A DNA stretch of 64,000 bases from an uncultured delta proteobacterium. Its GTDB lineage: Bacteria; Myxococcota_A; Polyangia; Polyangiales; JAFGIB01. The notes beneath the pieces are model-generated. The model searched no databases. It was not told where the DNA came from and saw nothing but the letters and a program-made list of their open reading frames with translations. Position numbers and translations under genes: made by a program. Location: positions 736,001 to 800,000 of the forward strand of contig CAVZVA010000005.1 in NCBI GenBank assembly GCA_963778655.1. Direction: 5' to 3'. This document shows, piece by piece, positions 58,024 to 64,000 of this stretch. The stretch's first letter is position 1; the number at the start of each line of letters is the position of its first letter.

Positions 58024-60573
58024 TCACTCCGAGGTCGCGATGCGCTCGGCGCGGCGCTGGGTCAACAGGCCCAGGTTGCGCTCGATGTCCGCCAGCGCGT
58101 ACTGATCGCGCCGGCTGGTGGCCAGCAGCCGCGCCTCGCGCAGCGCCGCGTCTGCGCGATCCAGATCGTCCTGCATCAGATACGCCGCGCCCAGGTAGTT
58201 GAGCAAGTAGCCCTGAAACCGCTGGTGATTCATCTCGCGCGCCGCCTCGAGCGCGCTGCCGTAGATCGCGATCGCGTCGGCCGGCCGCCGGCGGCGGAAC
58301 GCCAGCTGGCCGAGCGCGATCCGGGTCTGGACCGCGCCTTCGTGATCGGAGAGCGCCTGTCGGATCTGAAGCGCCGCCTCGAGCCGCTTCTCGGCGGCGT
58401 CGTACAGTCCGAGGTCGAGCTCGATGCGCCCGATGGTGTTGAGCGAAGCCGACTGTCCGCGCGCATCCTGCATCTGCTCGCGGATCGCCAGCGCCTCCTT
58501 GGCCGCCTGCAATGCCTGCTCGAGCTCGCCGTGCAGACGGTGGATCTGCGCCATGTCGTCGTAGCTGCTGGCCACGCCGCGGCGATCGTCGAGGCTCGCG
58601 AACAGCGAAAGCGCCGCGCGCAAGTGCGCGAGCGCCAGCGCGTGCTCGCCCCGGTCGCGATGCACGCGCGCGATGCGGTTGAGCGCTGCCCCGCCGCGCC
58701 CGCGCGCGCCCAGCGTCCAGGCCAGCCGCGCGATCTGCTCGAACGCGAGCAAGGCCTCGCCGTAGCGCCCCAGCATGCTCAGCAGCGATCCGCGCTCGTG
58801 CAGCGCAGCGATCCGCGTCGACAGGTCGTCGGGCGCGATCAGCGGCAGCGCCTTGTCCACGTACAGCAGCGCCATGGTCGTGCGCACGCGCGCGCGCTCG
58901 TCGGCCGCCGCACGCAGATACGCGGCCGCGGCCTGGTGCAGGTCGCCGGCGTGCTCGAGATGCGGCGCCAGCAGCGCGGCCGGGTTTTCGACCACCGGCC
59001 CCGAGGTGGTTGCCAGCCAGCGCCCGACCGCAGCATGGCTCGCGCTGCGCTCGTCTTCGCTCAGGTCCGCGTAGATCAGGCTGCGCGTGCCGGCGTACTG
59101 GAAGGTGTACTCGTTCAGCCCCGGCCCGACCGAGTCGGCGATGCGCACGATGAAGCCCTTGGCCTCGAGCGTGTCGAGCGCGCGCTGCAGCTCCAGCTCG
59201 TCATCGCCGGGCAGCCACAGCTCGACGGTCGGAAGCGCGGCATCGGGCGGCGCTTGGCGCGCGCGCTGCAACGCCAACAGCGCGCCGTCCCAGAAGCGCT
59301 CGCCGACCACCGCGGCGTCGCGCACCACCTGCTGCTCGCCCGCGCCCAGCGTCACCAGGCGCGCGCGAATGCCGTCGGCCATGGTCAGGGGCAGGCCGCC
59401 CCGCTCCAGGCGCGGCATGTCGACGATCACGCCTCGCTCCTGTCGGCGAAACAGGCCGCCGTCCAGCAGCGCGCGCACCAGCTCCACCAGCTGGCGCGGG
59501 TTTCCGCCTGAGCGGTGCGAGAGCGCGGACAGCAGCTCCTCGGGCAGCTCCAGCAGCTCGGGCACCAGCAGCCGCAGCACGCGCGCGCAGTCCTCGGTGC
59601 CCAGCGGCGAGAGCTCCGCGCTCTGCACGCGCGCGGCCGGGCCCAGGGCCGCGACGCGTTCGGCGAGCTGGGGCCGGCCGGTGACGATCAGCACCAGCGG
59701 CACGCTCTGCTGCAACAGCGCGGCGATCAGCTCCCAGGCGCCGGGCTCGGCCTCGGTCACGTCGTCGAGCAGCCACAGCAGCGGCGTGGCCTGCGCCTCG
59801 GCCGCGACGAAGCTCGCCACGGCGGCGACCGCCTGCGCGTGCAGGGCTGCCGGATCGCGCTGCAGCTCGCGCAGCAGCACGCTGTCGGGGAAGGGTACCC
59901 CGGCCACGTGCCCGAGCAGCGGCGCGGTTTCGTGCGCCGCGGCCGCCGCCCCGAGCATCTCGCCGGCGATGCGCTGCATCTCGGCGCGCACGGAGGTGGG
60001 TGAAGAGGCGGGCGTGACCCCGAAGCGGTCGAGCAGCAGGCGCGAGACCGGTGCGTACGGTCCATCGTCGCGCGAGCGCAGTGCCCCATAGTGCACGCTG
60101 ACGTCTGCGCGTAGCGCCGCGGCCAGCTCGCTGGCGCGCTGCAACACCACCGTCTTGCCCGAGCCCGGCGCACCCGACACCAGGCACAGCCGAGGCTCCG
60201 CCTGGGAGAACGCCGCCTGCATCGCTGGGCCGATTTGCTCCAGCACCCGCGTCTGGCCGAAGACGGGGCGGCCCTCGACGGCGCGCGCCGGAGCCGCGCT
60301 CCGAGCCCCGGCCTCCGCGGAAGCCTGCGCTCGAGCCGACGCCGGCACGGGCGTGGGACTGGCCCGGTAGACGCTGGTCTTCTCTTCCGGCTCGGCCTCG
60401 AGCCCGCCCTCCGCCACCAGGCGGTGGCGGGTGGTCGTGATCGGCCCGCTATGACTACCCGACTCGCCGGCGCGTCGCAGGCGCGGGCCGAGCAGCGCAT
60501 TACACCGCGCGCAGCTCACCCACCCGCGCGGGTTCTGGAAACCGCAATCGCCGCATGTGACCGCGGTTCGCAC
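58024..60573 (-). CDS. Zinc-ribbon / STAND-type P-loop ATPase / TPR protein
   Basis: CGDCGFQN..CARC; Walker A GAPGSGKT; Walker B WLLDDV; SGGNP; AAVVGERFW; long TPR array. In-frame GTG at 60573 chosen as start. Confidence 0.82.
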   Translation of the reverse strand: MRTAVTCGDCGFQNPRGWVSCARCNALLGPRLRRAGESGSHSGPITTTRHRLVAEGGLEAEPEEKTSVYRASPTPVPASARAQASAEAGARSAAPARAVEGRPVFGQTRVLEQIGPAMQAAFSQAEPRLCLVSGAPGSGKTVVLQRASELAAALRADVSVHYGALRSRDDGPYAPVSRLLLDRFGVTPASSPTSVRAEMQRIAGEMLGAAAAAHETAPLLGHVAGVPFPDSVLLRELQRDPAALHAQAVAAVASFVAAEAQATPLLWLLDDVTEAEPGAWELIAALLQQSVPLVLIVTGRPQLAERVAALGPAARVQSAELSPLGTEDCARVLRLLVPELLELPEELLSALSHRSGGNPRQLVELVRALLDGGLFRRQERGVIVDMPRLERGGLPLTMADGIRARLVTLGAGEQQVVRDAAVVGERFWDGALLALQRARQAPPDAALPTVELWLPGDDELELQRALDTLEAKGFIVRIADSVGPGLNEYTFQYAGTRSLIYADLSEDERSASHAAVGRWLATTSGPVVENPAALLAPHLEHAGDLHQAAAAYLRAAADERARVRTTMALLYVDKALPLIAPDDLSTRIAALHERGSLLSMLGRYGEALLAFEQIARLAWTLGARGRGGAALNRIARVHRDRGEHALALAHLRAALSLFASLDDRRGVASSYDDMAQIHRLHGELEQALQAAKEALAIREQMQDARGQSASLNTIGRIELDLGLYDAAEKRLEAALQIRQALSDHEGAVQTRIALGQLAFRRRRPADAIAIYGSALEAAREMNHQRFQGYLLNYLGAAYLMQDDLDRADAALREARLLATSRRDQYALADIERNLGLLTQRRAERIATSE

Positions 60574-60646
60574 GACCCTGCCCGTTGGTGTGGGCCACCC
60601 GCCCGCCCGCGTCAATTGGGGCAATCCGCACCCCCTGCTCAACTCG

Positions 60647-60797
60647 CGGGAGGGGCACGCGCCCCGACACACAGCGCTGCCGGCTGGCGAGTGCGCGCAA
60701 CGCAGTGGAGCGAACCCCCGAGGGAGGGTGGGGCACGCGCCCCTCCCGGTAACAAGAAGCAAGGGTGGGGCGGGAGGGGCACGCGCCCCTCCCGGTA
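60647..60797. repeat. Cluster of three REP-like palindromes (CGGGAGGGGC-ACGC-GCCCCTCCCG)
   Basis: Copies at 60647-60665 (partial), 60730-60751 (partial) and 60771-60797 (full 10-bp stem, 4-nt loop); two are followed by GTA. Confidence 0.75.
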
Positions 60798-60799
60798 TC

Positions 60800-61831
60800 C
60801 TAATACCCCAGCGCCATCGATTTGCAGCGGCGCGCGGTGCGCTCGCGCAGCCTGGCCTGGCGCGCGGCGAGCACGGCCGGGTCGGGTTCCAGCGGCGGAG
60901 CCTCGGCGTCGGCCGGCGAGTTGCCGCGCGGCACGTAGAAGAAGCTCAAGTCGTCGACGAAGTCGTAGAGCTCCTCGTGCCGATCGAGCAGCTCGCAATT
61001 GCGAGCCAGCAAGTGGGACACGATCATCTGGAACGCATCGACGCTCCAGGGATGGGTGTCGTGCAGCAGCACGATCCCACCGTTGCCATGGTGGCGCGCG
61101 AGCTCCTTCAGAAAGGTGTCGTAGACCTCCTGCGCGGTGTGGACCTGGAAGTCCTCGCCGCCCAGGCTCCAGAGCACGGTGGTGTAGCCGCGTGCCGCGG
61201 CCAGCTGGTCGACGCGCTGGCTGTGCGCGCCGAACGGCGGCCGATAGATCCACGGCCGGGCGCCCAGGACGCGCTCGAAGACCTCCTCGGCGCCGCGCAG
61301 CTGCGCGCGAACTCCGTCGTCGTCGAGCAAGGGAAGCTGGGCGTGATCGAAGGTATGGCCGCCGACCAAGTGCCCGCGGCGCACGATCTCACGCGCCAGC
61401 ATGGCCTGCTCGCGCTGGTAGGGCGTGGTCAGCGCCATGCGGCTCGCGACCAGAAAGAAGATGGCCTTGATCCCCGCCTCGTCCAAGCGGTCCAGCAGCA
61501 GCGGCGTGGTGCGCCGGTCGGGGCCGTCGTCGAAGGTGAACAGCACGAAGCGGTGAGGCGTGGTGCCGGTGATGGTCATGCCGCGCTTGAACGCCGCGCC
61601 GAGCGCGAGATCGATCGAGCGCACGACGGGAACGGCGGGCTGTGACGGTGCGCCGGCGGCCGCCTGCGCGGGCGGCGCGGCCGTGACGGCGGTGGCATGG
61701 GCGGCGGACGCGACCGCCGGCAGATCAACGCGGGCCATCGAGGCCGGTGTCGTGAGCAGCGCCAGCGTCGCGCCGCTGCCCAGCGCGGCCAAGCAGAACA
61801 CCCCCCGGCGAACGATGGCTGGCGCCGACAT
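60800..61831 (-). CDS. Polysaccharide deacetylase (CE4/NodB)
   Basis: TFDDGP, GHTFDH, YRPPFG, IVLLHD; N-terminal signal/TM. Confidence 0.92.
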   Translation of the reverse strand: MSAPAIVRRGVFCLAALGSGATLALLTTPASMARVDLPAVASAAHATAVTAAPPAQAAAGAPSQPAVPVVRSIDLALGAAFKRGMTITGTTPHRFVLFTFDDGPDRRTTPLLLDRLDEAGIKAIFFLVASRMALTTPYQREQAMLAREIVRRGHLVGGHTFDHAQLPLLDDDGVRAQLRGAEEVFERVLGARPWIYRPPFGAHSQRVDQLAAARGYTTVLWSLGGEDFQVHTAQEVYDTFLKELARHHGNGGIVLLHDTHPWSVDAFQMIVSHLLARNCELLDRHEELYDFVDDLSFFYVPRGNSPADAEAPPLEPDPAVLAARQARLRERTARRCKSMALGY

Positions 61832-61908
61832 CGCCTTACATCTTAGGAGCAGACTTCGCAAACGCCGAAAAAGGCGCGCGTCCGCGCCGCCCGCGGAGCG
61901 GCCGGCGC

Positions 61909-63453
61909 TCAGTTTGAATGAATGGGCCGGAAGCTGATCGGCGCTTCGAAGCGGGCGCCGCCCGGTCCCGGGCTGGGGAAGTGCCAGCGCTGGGCCACGC
62001 TCTTCACGCACTGGCCGAGTAGCGCGGGCACGGGGCCGTCCGAGGCAAGCTCCACGCCTTTGACGCCGCCCCCCGCATCCAACTCGACCCGCAGCCGCAT
62101 ATGTACCAGACTTGAGCCCGGCCCGCTGCGCATGGCACGTTCGTAGCAACGTTGCAGCGCACGCCCAGCCATGCGAATCACCATCGCTACGGCCGCTGGA
62201 TCGATGGCCTGCGCCCGCGAGCCGCCGGCGACCGCCTGGGGGGCGTTAACCAGGCGCAGCGCCTTGGGGTCGAAGCGGGTGCCCAGCAGCTCGACCTCGA
62301 CACGCGCCTGCATCAAACGGCCGTCGTCGAGCAGCGCCCGCAGCTGCAGCGGCCCGGGCGGCGCGCGCATCCGCAGCTCCCCGCCGGCTCCGAGCTCGGC
62401 CTCACCGACCTGCCATTGCGTCACGTGCGGCCAGGTTGGCAGCTCGAGCGCCGGCCAATGTGCGGAACCGGCCACCGCCTCGTACGGCCGCGGGAGCGCG
62501 CGACCGTGCAGCCGAGGACTGGGGCGCAGCCGGCCCCAGCGTGCAGGCGCGTGCAACTCGGCCAGCAACTTGCCCGCCGCGTCGAGCACCACCACCGTGC
62601 CCTCGTCCAGCTCCACGCCTGGCAGCAGGCCCAGGCCCGCCTCGCTCGGGCTCGCCGCGGACCCCGCGCCGCCCTCGCTCGCGCGTGCCGGCGCGTACTG
62701 CGGCTCCAGCTCGACCGCGAAGCGCGTGCCGCGCACCGCCACCCGCTTGCCGGCCACAGCTACCTCGTAGCGCTCGCCGTCCTGCAGCTTGCGCACGTGG
62801 CTGACCACGCGGCCGCCGAGCAGCTCGAGCAGCATGGTGCCGGGGCGCAGCGTCCGTAACGCCAACCGCGACTCCGGCCCGACGATCAGCGCCGCAGCGC
62901 CTTCGATCGCCAAGTGCACCTCGCCGTGCGTGCCGGTCTGCAGCACCCAGCCTTCCTGCGGGCTCGAGCTCAGGTCAACCGCGTACGCACCGCCACGCCC
63001 GTCCACTGCCTCGACGCTGCCGCTCACCGCGGTGACCTCGGTTCGCAGCAGCAAGGGCGGCGCGGGAGCCGGGGCCGGTGGCGCGACGCGCGCCACGCCT
63101 TCCGGGTGCGGGCGCAGCGGGTGGCTGGCCAGAAACAGACCCAAGCCCGCGGCCGCCGCGAGCGCGGCGGGCAGCCGTGCGCGGCGAAGGCGCGCGCGCC
63201 GCAACAGTCGCGCGTGCTCGCGCTGCAGCGGCCGCTCCAGCTTCACCCAGTCGATCGCCGGCGGCGGCGACGCGAAAGCCGCGTCAGCCAGCGCCGCATA
63301 GCGACGCATGCCCTCGAGCGCTTCGCGGCAGGTCGGACAGGCCGCGAGATGCCGCTCCACACGAGCGCGCGCCTGCGCGCCGAGCAGCCCGCGCCCGTAC
63401 GCGTCGAGCGCCGCCAGCTTGGGCAGATGCTGGCCGTCATCCGCCACCGGCAT
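61909..63453 (-). CDS. Anti-sigma factor: zf-HC2, TM, FecR-like domain, C-terminal AgmX/PglI (TonB-C-like) domain
   Basis: VERHLAACPTC (HxxxCxxC); TM; LQTG..VGPESRL..VAVRGTRFAV..EGTV; LQRCYERAMR..GQCVKSVAQRWHFP..PISF. Confidence 0.8.
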   Translation of the reverse strand: MPVADDGQHLPKLAALDAYGRGLLGAQARARVERHLAACPTCREALEGMRRYAALADAAFASPPPAIDWVKLERPLQREHARLLRRARLRRARLPAALAAAAGLGLFLASHPLRPHPEGVARVAPPAPAPAPPLLLRTEVTAVSGSVEAVDGRGGAYAVDLSSSPQEGWVLQTGTHGEVHLAIEGAAALIVGPESRLALRTLRPGTMLLELLGGRVVSHVRKLQDGERYEVAVAGKRVAVRGTRFAVELEPQYAPARASEGGAGSAASPSEAGLGLLPGVELDEGTVVVLDAAGKLLAELHAPARWGRLRPSPRLHGRALPRPYEAVAGSAHWPALELPTWPHVTQWQVGEAELGAGGELRMRAPPGPLQLRALLDDGRLMQARVEVELLGTRFDPKALRLVNAPQAVAGGSRAQAIDPAAVAMVIRMAGRALQRCYERAMRSGPGSSLVHMRLRVELDAGGGVKGVELASDGPVPALLGQCVKSVAQRWHFPSPGPGGARFEAPISFRPIHSN

Positions 63454-64000
63454 CCTCCTGTGCTTGGCCTCGAGGCAACGCCAAAAGCTCGCCCAGCGTC
63501 GGATCGCGGGCCAGCGCTGCGTACAGCTCCTTGCGCGCGTAGAACAGGCGCGTCCGCACCGTGAGCACGGGCGCGTCGACGATCGCCGCGATCTCGGTCG
63601 CCGGAAGCCCCGCGAAGTCGTGCAGCACGAGCACAGTGCGCTTCTTGTCGCTCAGCGCGGACAGGTGCGAGTACAGCAGTCGCACGCGCTCGCTGCGCTC
63701 GGCGTCCGCGTCCGGCCGCTCGCCCGCCGCGTCCGGCTGCCGCTCGAGGGTGTCATTGGACGCGGAGGTCAGCTGAGGGCGCGAGCGCTGGCGACGCAGG
63801 TGCATGCGCGCCACGTTCGTCACCACGCGGTAGAGCCAGGTCGAGAACTTGCTCTGCCCCTGATACGAGGGCAGCGAGCGGTAGATCTGGACCAGCGCCT
63901 CCTGCACCACGTCCTCGAGGTCCGGGCTGGGCCCCAGCGACCGGAACGCGACCCGCGCGACATCGTCGCGATAGCGGGTCAGCAGCTCGCGCAAGGCGAG
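63437..64000 (-). CDS. ECF RNA polymerase sigma factor (5' end outside the window)
   Basis: DVVQEALVQIYRSL..KFSTWLYRVVTN (region 2); LSDKKRTVLVLHDFAG..EIA..TVRTRLFYARKEL (region 4); overlaps the anti-sigma gene by 17 bp. Confidence 0.92.
   Translation of the reverse strand, partial: LALRELLTRYRDDVARVAFRSLGPSPDLEDVVQEALVQIYRSLPSYQGQSKFSTWLYRVVTNVARMHLRRQRSRPQLTSASNDTLERQPDAAGERPDADAERSERVRLLYSHLSALSDKKRTVLVLHDFAGLPATEIAAIVDAPVLTVRTRLFYARKELYAALARDPTLGELLALPRGQAQEDAGGG

Overview
A 64 kb, very GC-rich and densely coded chromosomal segment. It is most consistent with a myxobacterium (Myxococcota), based on a romR-like gene directly upstream of valS, AgmX/PglI-type C-terminal domains and FHA-fused signalling enzymes. 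About 46 genes are supported. Housekeeping genes: groES-groEL, dksA, moeA, ffh, polA, ogt, valS, trmB, yqgE, dedA and amino-acid transporters. Envelope genes: MltD-like lytic transglycosylase, CpoB-like TPR lipoprotein, LysM protein, polysaccharide deacetylase and three glycosyltransferases. Nucleotide second-messenger genes: FHA-GAF-adenylate cyclase, tandem-GAF histidine kinase, FHA-GGDEF, REC-GAF-HD-GYP and a PgpH-like 7TM-HD protein. There are two MoxR-associated loci: a complete coiled-coil/MoxR/DUF58/BatA-VWA/VWA operon, and a second MoxR running off the left edge near a DUF4175-like gene and a TPR metallopeptidase. A zinc-ribbon STAND-TPR protein and an ECF sigma/anti-sigma pair sit at the right edge. 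No rRNA, tRNA, CRISPR array, integrase or transposase was seen. Non-coding structure includes two nested-hairpin MITE/REP-like elements between convergent genes at 19.6-20.0 kb, each touching a TAG stop within CTAG, and two other short repeat families. The best candidates for undescribed systems are the paired MoxR/VWA/DUF4175 envelope machines, a possible local cAMP-to-GAF-kinase circuit, a GT-C protein glycosylation set and the TonB-C-tipped anti-sigma factor. All family calls come from motif recognition by eye; no database searches were run.
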